NCBI GenBank assembly: GCA_046290465.1
Contig: JBKAGP010000001.1
Span: 5,824,001-5,888,000 of the forward strand
Direction of reading: 5' to 3'
DNA: 64,000 nt
Source of the DNA: Planctomycetota bacterium
GTDB taxonomy: Bacteria; Planctomycetota; UBA1135; UBA2386
Positions 48,790 through 58,490 of this stretch are shown here, one piece after another; the first letter of the stretch is position 1, and every line of letters starts with the position of its first letter. The translations under genes were made by a program, and so were the position numbers. A model generated the notes under the pieces. It was not told where the DNA came from and made no database searches. It saw only the letters and a program-made list of their open reading frames with translations.

Positions 48790-50139
48790 ATGGTGGACTT
48801 CAAGCAGAACTTCGACGGCCGCGGCGTGCCGCAGAACCTCGACGCCGAGCGCTCGGTGCTCGGTGCGCTCCTGTTGCACACGGACGCCGTCGTCGACGTC
48901 ACGTTCCTCAAGCCCGACGACTTCTACCTGCCCAAGCACCAGCAGATCTTCCAGGCGCTGCTGACGGCCTACAACACGCGCACGGCGACCGACCCGATCG
49001 TCGTCGGCGAGGAACTCGACCGGCAGGGCAAGCTCGACGAGGTCGGCGGCCATGAGCAGCTGATGGACCTGATGGAAGGGGTCATCACGGCGGCGGGCGT
49101 CGTCTACCACGCCGAGATCGTGCGCGAGAAGGCGATCGCGCGCCGGCTGCTGGAGACCTGCCTCGACGTCGCGCGGCGCACCTACGACAACGAGAGCGAG
49201 GCCAAGGAGCTGCTCGACGAGGCGGAGCGCAAGATCTTCGAGATCTCGGGCATGGACAAGAGCGGCGACGCGGTCAGCATCGCCGACGTGCTGCAGCTGA
49301 CGTTCGAGAAGATCGACCGGCTGCGCGAGCGCGAGGGGCGCCTGACCGGCCACGCGACCGACTACTACGACTTCGACGACATGACCGGCGGCCTGCAGCC
49401 GGGCGAACTGGTGATCATCGCGGCGCGTCCGTCGATGGGAAAGACCACGTTCGCGCTCAACCTGACCGAGCGTGTCTCCAACCACGGCAAGGGCATCGCG
49501 TTCTTCTCGCTCGAGATGTCCAACCAGCAGGTCATCCAGAACATGCTCTGCTGCCGCTCGCAGATCGACGGTTCGGCGATGCGCAAGGGCCGGATCACCG
49601 ACCAGCAGTACAAGCGGCTGCAGGAGGAGGCGGCGAAGCTCTACGAGACGCCGATCTTCATCGACGATACGCCGGGCATCTCGATCACGCAGCTGCGCGC
49701 CAAGGCGCGCCGCCTGAAGCAGAAGCACGGCATCGACATGATCGTCGTGGACTACCTGCAGCTGATGACCGGCGGCGGCCGCTTCGAGAGCCGCCAGCAG
49801 GAGATCTCGGCGATCTCGCGTGGTCTGAAGAGCGTGGCGCGGGAGCTTTCCGTGCCGGTGTTGGCGCTGTCGCAGTTGAATCGTGACGTCGAGAACCGCG
49901 ATGATCACCGGCCGCGCATGAGTGACCTGCGCGAGTCCGGCGCGATCGAGCAGGACGCCGACGTGATCCTGCTGCTGCACCGTGACGACTACTTCAATCC
50001 GACCGAAGAGAACCGCGGCCTCGCCCAAGTCATCATCGCCAAACAGCGCAACGGCCCGACCGGTGAGGTCGCGCTGCGCTTCTTCCGCGAGTACATGCGA
50101 TTTGAGAACTACACGCGCAGAGCCGAGCCGATGCAGTAG
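48790..50139 (+). CDS. dnaB: Replicative DNA helicase
   Basis: AERSVLG, AARPSMGKT, FSLEM, VDYLQL, LSQLNR, DLRESGAIEQDAD and KQRNGPTG. Confidence 0.98.
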   Translation: MVDFKQNFDGRGVPQNLDAERSVLGALLLHTDAVVDVTFLKPDDFYLPKHQQIFQALLTAYNTRTATDPIVVGEELDRQGKLDEVGGHEQLMDLMEGVITAAGVVYHAEIVREKAIARRLLETCLDVARRTYDNESEAKELLDEAERKIFEISGMDKSGDAVSIADVLQLTFEKIDRLREREGRLTGHATDYYDFDDMTGGLQPGELVIIAARPSMGKTTFALNLTERVSNHGKGIAFFSLEMSNQQVIQNMLCCRSQIDGSAMRKGRITDQQYKRLQEEAAKLYETPIFIDDTPGISITQLRAKARRLKQKHGIDMIVVDYLQLMTGGGRFESRQQEISAISRGLKSVARELSVPVLALSQLNRDVENRDDHRPRMSDLRESGAIEQDADVILLLHRDDYFNPTEENRGLAQVIIAKQRNGPTGEVALRFFREYMRFENYTRRAEPMQ

Positions 50140-52816
50140 CGGAGCGGCCGCGCGTCTGCTCGCGGCCGCAGCGCTGTCGGTGGCCCTGTTCGCGGATGTG
50201 GCCATGGCGCAGCAGCCGGCCCCGCAGCAGCCGGCCCCGCAGCAGCCGCAGGGGCCGGGGGCCCGCGTCGATCGGCCGCTGCCGACGATCAGCGGCGAGC
50301 TGTACTTCGAGGCCGCCGTGCAGGCCTTGAAGGGCAAGTCCGTGCGTTCGATCCAGGTCACCAAGGCCGACCGGCAGAGCGCCTCGGTGACGCCGCTCGA
50401 CCAGGCCAGCGCCGAGTCGATCGTGCGCGGCCTCGAGACCCGCATCGGCCAGCCGTTCGAGCCGCGCAAGGTGTCGGCCGACTGCGCCGCGCTGTGGACC
50501 GAGCGGCGCCTGGTCGTGCGCGCCTACGCCGAGGAGGTCGACGGCGAGGTCGTCGTGACCTACCAGGTCGACCTGCAGGTCGAGCGCTACGAGAGCGTCG
50601 TGTTCGCCGGCCAGAAGCACCTCGAACTGCCCGAGATCTACGCGCTGATCGGCTACTACTCGGGCCGCCGCACGACCCGCACCGAGGCCGAGGCGATGCG
50701 CAAGCTGCTACTGGCGCGCTACCGGCGCGATGGCTACGCGTTCTGCAACATCCAGCTGGTCGACCTGCCCGCGTTCGACGACACGCCGACGCAAGAGGAG
50801 CTCGGGTCGCCGCGGCAGCGCCTGCGGATCCTGATCGAGGAAGGCCCGAAGGTGACGGTGCGCGACATCGACTTCGTCGGCAACCGGTCGTTCCCGGCGG
50901 ATCCGATCCTCGGCCTGTTCGGCACCGACAACTACCTGATCCGCGACGCGCGCATCGACAGCGACCCGGCGCGCGGCTTCGTGCGCGGCGGCGCGTTCAG
51001 CCGCGAGGTGCTCGAGGAGGACCTCGACCGGCTGCGCCTGTTCTACCGCAGCCGCGGCTTCCTGGAGGCGACCGTCGACCTCGCCGACGTGCGCTTCAGC
51101 GAGGACCGCACCAGCGTCGACCTGTCGTTCGTGATCGTCGAGGGCCCGCGCTACCGGATCCGTTCGGTCAAGGTGCAGCACGTCACCGTCGACCAGGAGC
51201 CGCTCGGCGTCGAGCCGCTGTATCCGGCGAGCGAGGTCGAGCAGGTGCTCAAGGTCGCACCCGGCGAGTTCTACGACCACGACCGGCTGCAGCGCGACCA
51301 GCTGAAGATCGAGGAGTTCTACGGCCGCCGCGGCCATCCGTCGGTCAGCTTCCCCGGCATGCGCCAGGCGCTGCGGCAGGGTTGTCGGGTGTTCACGCCG
51401 CTCGAGATCTACGCCGAGGGCCCCGAGGTCGACATCGTCTTCCAGGTCAGCGAGGGCTCGCCCAAGACGCTGCGCGACGTCGTGATTCGCGGCAACCGCT
51501 TCACGCGCGACCCGGTCATCCGGCGTCGCTTCCGGGTGCTGCCGGGCGAACGCATCGACATGCTCGAGGTGCGCCGGGCGCTACGGCGGATCGAGAACAC
51601 GCGGTTCTTCCAGGATCCGGTGACGCTGCAAGGGCCACGGCTGCAGCTGGAGCCGGTCGCGGGCGACCCCGACAAGGTCGACATCGGCCTCGACGTGCAG
51701 GACGGCCCGACCGGCGAACTGCGCTGGGGGGTCGGCATCTCGACCGGCATCGGCGCGCAGGCGCAGATCACCTTCAACAAGCGCAACTTCGACCTGTGGA
51801 ACCCGCCGAGCAGCGCCAACCCGATCACCGCGATCGAGGAGATCCTCGACGCCAAGGCGTTCCACGGCGGCGGCCAGAACCTGTCGATGCTGCTCGCGCC
51901 GGGTAGCCGGCAGAGCCAGTTCTCGATGACCTACGTCGAGCCCGACATCTTCGGCGACCACCTCGACACCTATGCGCTACGGATCACCGGCCAGCGCCGC
52001 ATCCGCCGCCTCCCCGACGGCTACACGTCCGACGTGCTCGGCGGCGAGGTCGGGCTGTCGCGCAACTTCACCGAGTTCTTCAATGCCGGCGTGTCGGTCC
52101 GCCAGGAGACCGTCGAGATCGACAGCCTGGCGCAGGACGCGACCCAGCTGGCGTTCGATGCCGAAGGCCAGACCGAGCTGCGCGGCGCGCGCATCAGCAT
52201 GCGCTACCGCGACTACGACGACCTGCTGCGGCCGACCGAGGGCGTCGACCTGGGGCTGTCGTTCGAGGTCATCGGCGGCCCGTTCGGGGCGGCCGAGGAC
52301 CTGACCAAGTGGGAGCACCGCGCCGACGTCTACCTGCCGATCGCCGAGAACGAGATGGGCCACCGCACGGTGTTCCACTGGCGGCAGTTCTTCGGCTACG
52401 CGCAGGAGTTCGGCGGCAGCGACGACGTGTTCCTGACCGAACGGTTCTACATGGGCGGCGGCAACCTGCGCGGGTTCGACTTCCGCCGCGCCGGCCCGAC
52501 GCAGTTCCAGCGGCCGCTCGGCGGCGAGGCGATCTACACGTCGAGCTACGAGGTCTACTTCCCGCTGGTCGCGACGCGGCTCGAGGGCGAGGTGCGCGAC
52601 CGCGAACTGCTGCGCTGGGTGGTGTTCACCGACATCGGCTTCCTCGGCCTCGGCCTCAGCGACCCGACCTTCGGTGAGATGCGCGCCAGCTCCGGCGTCG
52701 GCCTGCGCATCGAGATCCCGTACCTCGAACTGCCGATCGCGCTCGACCTCGGTTGGCCGTGGCTCTACGAGGAGTCGGACGACCGCCGCCAGCTCTACTT
52801 CTCGATCAGCCGATGA
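50102..52816 (+). CDS. BamA/Omp85 family outer membrane protein
   Basis: POTRA-like segments (IDFVGN, VIRGN.FTRD.VIRR), FYMGGGNLRGF and C-terminal LYFSISR. Start uncertain (TTG at 50102). Confidence 0.88.
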   Translation: MRTTRAEPSRCSSGAAARLLAAAALSVALFADVAMAQQPAPQQPAPQQPQGPGARVDRPLPTISGELYFEAAVQALKGKSVRSIQVTKADRQSASVTPLDQASAESIVRGLETRIGQPFEPRKVSADCAALWTERRLVVRAYAEEVDGEVVVTYQVDLQVERYESVVFAGQKHLELPEIYALIGYYSGRRTTRTEAEAMRKLLLARYRRDGYAFCNIQLVDLPAFDDTPTQEELGSPRQRLRILIEEGPKVTVRDIDFVGNRSFPADPILGLFGTDNYLIRDARIDSDPARGFVRGGAFSREVLEEDLDRLRLFYRSRGFLEATVDLADVRFSEDRTSVDLSFVIVEGPRYRIRSVKVQHVTVDQEPLGVEPLYPASEVEQVLKVAPGEFYDHDRLQRDQLKIEEFYGRRGHPSVSFPGMRQALRQGCRVFTPLEIYAEGPEVDIVFQVSEGSPKTLRDVVIRGNRFTRDPVIRRRFRVLPGERIDMLEVRRALRRIENTRFFQDPVTLQGPRLQLEPVAGDPDKVDIGLDVQDGPTGELRWGVGISTGIGAQAQITFNKRNFDLWNPPSSANPITAIEEILDAKAFHGGGQNLSMLLAPGSRQSQFSMTYVEPDIFGDHLDTYALRITGQRRIRRLPDGYTSDVLGGEVGLSRNFTEFFNAGVSVRQETVEIDSLAQDATQLAFDAEGQTELRGARISMRYRDYDDLLRPTEGVDLGLSFEVIGGPFGAAEDLTKWEHRADVYLPIAENEMGHRTVFHWRQFFGYAQEFGGSDDVFLTERFYMGGGNLRGFDFRRAGPTQFQRPLGGEAIYTSSYEVYFPLVATRLEGEVRDRELLRWVVFTDIGFLGLGLSDPTFGEMRASSGVGLRIEIPYLELPIALDLGWPWLYEESDDRRQLYFSISR

Positions 52817-53367
52817 GCGGCGAACGGACCTTCCGCCGGCTCGACCGCGAGGTGCTGGTCGACAACCGCTGGCACCGCTACTGCCGCGACCGCTACGTGC
52901 AGCGCGACGGCTCCGAGGGCGAGTACTACTACGTCGACATGCCGGGCAGCAGCGCCACGATCCCCGTGTTCGACGACGGCACGATGGTGCTGATCCGCGC
53001 GCACCGCTACCTGCTCGGCCTCGACCTGTGGGAGTTTCCGATCGGCGGCATGAAGGACGGCGAGGACCCGCTCGAGGTCGCCCGCAAGGAGCTGCGCGAG
53101 GAGGCGGGGCTGCTGGCCGACGACTGGACGTCGCTCGGCCACTTCGCTCCGTACAAGGGCGTCTCCAACGAGCGCTGCCACTTCTTCCTGGCGCGCGGCC
53201 TGCACGGCGTGCCGCAGGACCTCGAAGCGAGCGAACAGATCAGCGTGCACCGCATGCCGATCGACGAGGCGCGGCGCACGCTGCTCGGCCAGGCCTGTGG
53301 CGACGGCCAGTCGATGGCGGGGCTGCTGCTGCTCGATCGCTGGCTGGCCGCGGGCAACCACCTGTGA
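52813..53367 (+). CDS. NUDIX hydrolase (ADP-ribose pyrophosphatase-like)
   Basis: Nudix box EFPIGGMKDGEDPLEVARKELREEAG. Confidence 0.92.
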   Translation: MSGERTFRRLDREVLVDNRWHRYCRDRYVQRDGSEGEYYYVDMPGSSATIPVFDDGTMVLIRAHRYLLGLDLWEFPIGGMKDGEDPLEVARKELREEAGLLADDWTSLGHFAPYKGVSNERCHFFLARGLHGVPQDLEASEQISVHRMPIDEARRTLLGQACGDGQSMAGLLLLDRWLAAGNHL

Positions 53368-54149
53368 GCGGCGCGCAGCTGCGGGACTTCGAGCGGGCCG
53401 AGCGCGCGCTGCACGCCGCGATGGAGCTGGCGCTGCGGCACGCGCGGGCCGGCGTCGAGGTCGACTACAAGGAGGGCGGCAGCCCGGTGACGATCGCCGA
53501 CCGCGAGATCGACGACCTGCTGCGGCGTGAGCTGGTCGAGCCGGGGGACGGCTGGCTGTCCGAGGAGAGCGAGGACGAGCCGTCGCGGCTGCAGCGGCAG
53601 CGGGTGTGGGTGGTCGACCCGCTCGACGGCACCCGTTCGTTCGTCTCCGGCCGCAAGGACTACTCGGTCTCGATCGCGCTGCTGGTCGACCGGCAGCCGG
53701 TGCTCGGCGCCGTCGGCAGTCCGGCCAACGGGGTCACCGTGGTCGGCGGGCCCGGGCACGGCGTGCAGGTGCACGGCGAGCCCGAGTGGCGGCTGCGCGC
53801 GGTCTCCGACCGGCCGCGGGTGGTGATGTCGCGCAGCGAGATGAAGCACGGCGAAGCCAGACACCTGGAAGGTGCGCTGCCGGTCCAGCCGGTCGGTTCG
53901 GCCGCCTACAAGCTGGCGCTGGTCGCGGCCGGGTTCGCCGACGCTACCTGGACGATGTGGCCCAAGCACGAGTGGGACGTCGCCGCCGGCGCGGCGCTGG
54001 TGCTCGGCGCCGGCGGCGAGGTCTGGCTGCCGCGCGGCGGCCACCTGCTGTGGAACCGCGCGCGGCCGCGGTTCGTCAGCTTCGCCGCGGCGCGGCCGGG
54101 TTTCCGCGAACTGGCCGAACGCTACGTGCGCGGGCGCGACCGAACCTAG
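53364..54149 (+). CDS. Inositol monophosphatase family, CysQ-like 3'(2'),5'-bisphosphate nucleotidase
   Basis: SPVTIAD, LSEE, WVVDPLDGT, GSAAYKL and EWDVAAG. Confidence 0.88.
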   Translation: MSGAQLRDFERAERALHAAMELALRHARAGVEVDYKEGGSPVTIADREIDDLLRRELVEPGDGWLSEESEDEPSRLQRQRVWVVDPLDGTRSFVSGRKDYSVSIALLVDRQPVLGAVGSPANGVTVVGGPGHGVQVHGEPEWRLRAVSDRPRVVMSRSEMKHGEARHLEGALPVQPVGSAAYKLALVAAGFADATWTMWPKHEWDVAAGAALVLGAGGEVWLPRGGHLLWNRARPRFVSFAAARPGFRELAERYVRGRDRT

Positions 54150-54186
54150 GCGTCGGTGCGGTCGATTGGGCTTTTGGCCCGACCGG

Positions 54187-56040
54187 CTACCAGAGCTGCA
54201 CCGTCGACCGGTCGCCCAGATACGGCGCGCTGCCGTCGTTGGGCGCCAGCAGCAGCTGGGCGAACACCGTGGCACCGGCCAACGCCGGCGACGGCGGCAT
54301 CGTCCACGCGACCCGCGCCACGCCGGTCTCGCGGTCCGGGGTCGGCTGCACGACGAACGTCGAGCCGAGGTCGAGGTGCAGTTCGCCGAGGCCCGGGATC
54401 GTCGTCGGCGGTCCAGGCGGCGCGAACCCGGCGATCACCACCGCGTCGCGCAGCGGCGTCGTCGAGAACACGATCTCGGCGCCGCGCGGCTGCACCCGAC
54501 GGAAGTGCGGGAACTGCTGCATCGACACGATCTCGGCCAGCATGCCGCAGGCGGCGATCCGCTGGCCGTCGAGCAGGTAGCCGACCTCGCTGTTGGCGAA
54601 CGGTGCCAGCGCGTGCGGCCCCAGGTCGAGGTGGTGCCATCGACCCGCCTGGGCGCCGATGCCGTGCGCGTGGTCGCCGTCGACGACCAGCGCGGTCGTG
54701 CGCCAGATCCGGAACAGCGGAGTGCCGGTGCCGGTCCGCGGCGTCGCGATCCAGCGCGCCTGGTCGCCGTCGAACGCGAACAGCGAGGCGCCGTCGTGGG
54801 CGAGCAGCGGCGCGCTGCTCGGATTGCCGGCCAGGCCCTGCACGGGCCGGCCGAGCGGCACGAACTGGCCGCTGTTGGCCGCGAACGCGTAGCAGTCGCT
54901 GCTCGCCTCGAGCGCGATCGTGGTCGTCGTGGCCAGGGGCGCGCGGCCGATCGTCGCCGCGGGGGCCGCGTGCCACGACGCCGTCACCGCGCTGAACGCG
55001 TGGGTCAGGCCGCCACCGTCGGTGGCGTAGGCGGCCGAGGCTCCGGCCGCCGAGCCGATGCTCGCGATCGGCAGCGTCTGGGTCTGCTGCCGCAGCGCGC
55101 TGTAGCCGCGCACGCCGGCGGCGTCGTGCAGCAACGCGGTCGCGAGCCCGGTCTCGATCGAGGTCGCCGCCGCGCCGACCGGCACCACGTCCGCGGTCAC
55201 CGCCGAGTACGCGTGCAGCGAACCGTTGCTGTCCAGCAGCGCGAACAGGTCGCTGCCGGCGACGACGCCGGCGTTCGGCAGCGAGAACGTCGTGAACGAG
55301 CCGACCAGGCCGCTGTAGGCGAAGCCGCCCTGGCCGTCGTGCCACAGGCCCCAGTCGTCGCCGCGTTGGAAGGTCGCGTTGGCGAGCGTGGGGGACTTCG
55401 ACCAGCTGCGGGTGTGCGCCGAGAACGCGTAGACGCGTGCGCCGACCGCGAAGCCGGCGGTGCCGTCGGTGTCCAGCGACTGGAGCTGACCGGCGCCGGT
55501 GTCGTGCCAGCGGCCGTCGAACGCGGACATGCCCCACAGCCGGGTGCCGCTGTGCACGACCGCGACGTGACGGCGCACGCTGCCGCTGGCATTGGCTGCC
55601 AGGGCGCGCGTCACCCAGCGGCCGGTGAACGCGCTGAACGCGTGCAGGGCCGCGCCGTCGCGGACCAGCACGATCGAGTCGTTCTTGGCGTTGGCGCCGT
55701 TCCACAGCACGGCGTTGGGCGAGACCTGCAGGTCGCTGCGCTGGCCGTCGTAGGACGAGATCGCGACGATCCGATGGCCGTCGAACAGCACCGCGCAGTC
55801 GTTGAACAGTTCGAGCGTGGCGGTCGGCGACTTGTCCATGTGGTGCCAGCGGCGCGTGATCGACGAGAACAAGTGCAGCGTGTCGCCCCCGTCGTAGCTG
55901 ACCAGCTTGCCCTGCCCGCGCACGGCCGCGGCCGCGATGCCGCCCGCCGGTCGCAGCTCGGCCCACGCGTTCGGGGACTGGGCCGTGCACGGCAGCGTCG
56001 CGGCGAGCGCGGTGGCGAGCAGGCGGAGCGGCGACGGCAT
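54187..56040 (-). CDS. Secreted repeat protein (probable beta-propeller)
   Basis: Signal peptide and at least 10 repeats of the L.A(F/Y)SA..G.W type. Confidence 0.75.
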   Translation of the reverse strand: MPSPLRLLATALAATLPCTAQSPNAWAELRPAGGIAAAAVRGQGKLVSYDGGDTLHLFSSITRRWHHMDKSPTATLELFNDCAVLFDGHRIVAISSYDGQRSDLQVSPNAVLWNGANAKNDSIVLVRDGAALHAFSAFTGRWVTRALAANASGSVRRHVAVVHSGTRLWGMSAFDGRWHDTGAGQLQSLDTDGTAGFAVGARVYAFSAHTRSWSKSPTLANATFQRGDDWGLWHDGQGGFAYSGLVGSFTTFSLPNAGVVAGSDLFALLDSNGSLHAYSAVTADVVPVGAAATSIETGLATALLHDAAGVRGYSALRQQTQTLPIASIGSAAGASAAYATDGGGLTHAFSAVTASWHAAPAATIGRAPLATTTTIALEASSDCYAFAANSGQFVPLGRPVQGLAGNPSSAPLLAHDGASLFAFDGDQARWIATPRTGTGTPLFRIWRTTALVVDGDHAHGIGAQAGRWHHLDLGPHALAPFANSEVGYLLDGQRIAACGMLAEIVSMQQFPHFRRVQPRGAEIVFSTTPLRDAVVIAGFAPPGPPTTIPGLGELHLDLGSTFVVQPTPDRETGVARVAWTMPPSPALAGATVFAQLLLAPNDGSAPYLGDRSTVQLW

Positions 56041-56186
56041 CGTGGCGACGATACGGGATCGCGCCGACGGCGCGAGGCGGGCGGCGGCGTCGGCGTCGTC
56101 TGATTCCTGTATCCGAACGGCCGCTGCCAAGGTCGGTTGCGCCCGGATTGGGCCCGGCGCCGTCGTTGCGTCGATGCTGTAACGGG

Positions 56187-57035
56187 ATGGAGACGCGTAC
56201 CTCAGACCTCTCTCGCGTGTTTGCGCGACTGATCCAGGCTCGCCAGGTCGAGCTGCCGCCGATGCCGGGCACGGCCGCGGAGGTGCTCGACGTCTGCCAG
56301 CAGGAGGATGCCGACGCGGCGCGCCTGTCGGCCGTGATCCACAAGGACCAGACGGTCGCCTCCAACGTGCTGCGCGTCGCCAACTCGGCGGCCTACTCCG
56401 GCCAGGTGCCGTGCTCGTCGCTGCAGCAGGCGGTCAGCCGGCTGGGCATGCAGATGGTCACCGAGATCACCATGGCGGTGTCGGTGCGCGGCCGCATGTT
56501 CACCAACGAGGCCTGCGCCGAATTGCTCGACTCGCTCTGGAAGCACTCGGTGATGACCGCGTTCTTCACCAAGGAGATTGCGCGCATGCGCCGGCGCAAC
56601 GTCGAGATCGCGTTCCTGTGCGGCCTGCTGCACGACGTCGGCAAGGCGGTGCTGCTCGGCAGCGTCGACCGCGTGCTCGGCAGCGAGGAGCTGACCGTGC
56701 CGCGCGACGAGCTCTACGAGGCGCTGCACGAACAGCACGTCGAGGCCGGGCTGCTGCTCGCCGACGAGTGGAAGCTGCCGGCGCTGGTGGCCGAGGCGAT
56801 CGCCTGCCACCACGACAACCATCTGGCCAAGAGCCACGCCGACATGGCGATGACGGTGTGCCTGGCCGACCACCTGAGCCACCTGATCGCGCCCAGCCAG
56901 CTGGCGGCGCCGCCGTCCGAGGAACAGCTGCGCGCGCACGACGTGCTGGTCGGACTCAACATCTACCCGGACGAGTTGGACCAGCTGCTGGCGATGCGGG
57001 AACGCGCGCTGGAGGTCACCGAGGGGTTGCAGTGA
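56187..57035 (+). CDS. HDOD domain protein
   Basis: LPPMP, D..VASNVLRVANSA, AVSRLG, LWKHS, GLLHDVGK and WKLP. Confidence 0.92.
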   Translation: METRTSDLSRVFARLIQARQVELPPMPGTAAEVLDVCQQEDADAARLSAVIHKDQTVASNVLRVANSAAYSGQVPCSSLQQAVSRLGMQMVTEITMAVSVRGRMFTNEACAELLDSLWKHSVMTAFFTKEIARMRRRNVEIAFLCGLLHDVGKAVLLGSVDRVLGSEELTVPRDELYEALHEQHVEAGLLLADEWKLPALVAEAIACHHDNHLAKSHADMAMTVCLADHLSHLIAPSQLAAPPSEEQLRAHDVLVGLNIYPDELDQLLAMRERALEVTEGLQ

Positions 57036-58480
57036 GCGGCGCGCCAGGGCAGCCGGGTCGACCGCGTCCCGAGCAGTGGGACGTGGTCGTGATCGGCAGC
57101 GGCCCGGCCGGCCAGAAGGCGGCGATCCAGGCCTCCAAGGCCAACCGCCGCGTCTGCCTGGTCGAACGCGAGGTCGGCGTCGGCGGCGCCTGCGTGCACC
57201 GCGGCACGATCCCGAGCAAGACGCTGCGCGAGACGGCGCTGCACCTGTGCGAGATGCGCAAGCGCGTCGGCCGCCACGTGCGCATCGAGATGCCGCACGA
57301 CCTGCAGCTGGTCAGCCTGATGGATCGCATGGAGAGCGTGGTCACCGCGCACGTCGACTACCAGGGCCGCCAGATGATGCGCAACGGTGTCGAGCAGATC
57401 CACGGCCGCGCCCGCTTCGAGGACGCCAACACCGTGGTGGTGCAGGGCATCCGCGGGGACGAGCGCGTGGTGCAGGCCGGCACGATCGTGATCGCGACCG
57501 GCTCGCGGCCGCGCACCCCGGACAACGTGCCGATCGACCACGAGCACGTCTACGACAGCGACTCGATCCTCAGCATGGCCTACCTGCCGGAGTCGCTGAC
57601 CGTGCTCGGTGGCGGGGTCATCGCGGCCGAGTATGCGACGATCTTCGCGTCGCTCGGCGTCGCCGTGACGATGATCGACCGCGCGCCGCGGCCGCTCGGC
57701 TTCCTCGACGGGGAGATCCTCGACCGCTTCGTGCACACCTTCGAGGGGCGCGAGGGCTGCACGTTCCTCGGCCGGGCGAAGTTCGAGTCGGTCGAGTGGG
57801 ACGGCGTCAAGGAGGTCGTCACCACGCTCGAGAACGGCTGGAAGGTACGTTCGCAGAAGTTGCTGTGCGCGCTCGGCCGGGTCGCCAACGTCGAGGAACT
57901 GCGCATCGAGAACGCCGGCCTGACCACCAACGCGCGCGGCCACATCGAGGTCGACGGCGACTGCCGCACGGCGGTGCCGAGCATCTACGCGGTCGGCGAC
58001 GTGATCGGGCCGCCGTCGTTGGCTTCGGCGTCGATGGAGCAGGGCCGCCGCGCGATGCGCTCGGCACTGCACATGGACCACGCGGTCGACCACGACCTGC
58101 TGCCGTCGGGCATCTACACGATCCCGGAGATCTCGACCGTCGGCTGCAGCGAGGACGAGGCGCGCACCCAGGGCCGTTCGGTCCTGGTCGGCCGCGCGAC
58201 CTTCCGCGAGCTCGCCCGCGGCCAGATCTCGGGCACGCAGGACGGCATGCTCAAGCTGGTGGTCGACCCCGAAACGCAGCGCATCCTCGGCTGCCAGATC
58301 ATCGGCGAGGGCGCCACCGAACTGGTGCACCTGGCCCAGCTGGCGATGATCAACGGCAACGACGTCGGCGTGTTCGTCGACAACATCTTCAACTTCCCGA
58401 CCCTGGCCGAGGCCTACCGGGTCGCGGCGCTGGACGTCGTCGGGCAGGCGAACCGGCCGCAGCCCGAGCACGTCGACTGA
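57032..58480 (+). CDS. sthA: Soluble Si-specific NAD(P)+ transhydrogenase
   Basis: GSGPAGQKAA, GGACVHRGTIPSKTLRE, GIYTIPEIS and FNFPTLAEAYRVAA. Confidence 0.92.
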   Translation: MSGAPGQPGRPRPEQWDVVVIGSGPAGQKAAIQASKANRRVCLVEREVGVGGACVHRGTIPSKTLRETALHLCEMRKRVGRHVRIEMPHDLQLVSLMDRMESVVTAHVDYQGRQMMRNGVEQIHGRARFEDANTVVVQGIRGDERVVQAGTIVIATGSRPRTPDNVPIDHEHVYDSDSILSMAYLPESLTVLGGGVIAAEYATIFASLGVAVTMIDRAPRPLGFLDGEILDRFVHTFEGREGCTFLGRAKFESVEWDGVKEVVTTLENGWKVRSQKLLCALGRVANVEELRIENAGLTTNARGHIEVDGDCRTAVPSIYAVGDVIGPPSLASASMEQGRRAMRSALHMDHAVDHDLLPSGIYTIPEISTVGCSEDEARTQGRSVLVGRATFRELARGQISGTQDGMLKLVVDPETQRILGCQIIGEGATELVHLAQLAMINGNDVGVFVDNIFNFPTLAEAYRVAALDVVGQANRPQPEHVD

Positions 58481-58490
58481 GTCCGGCCAG

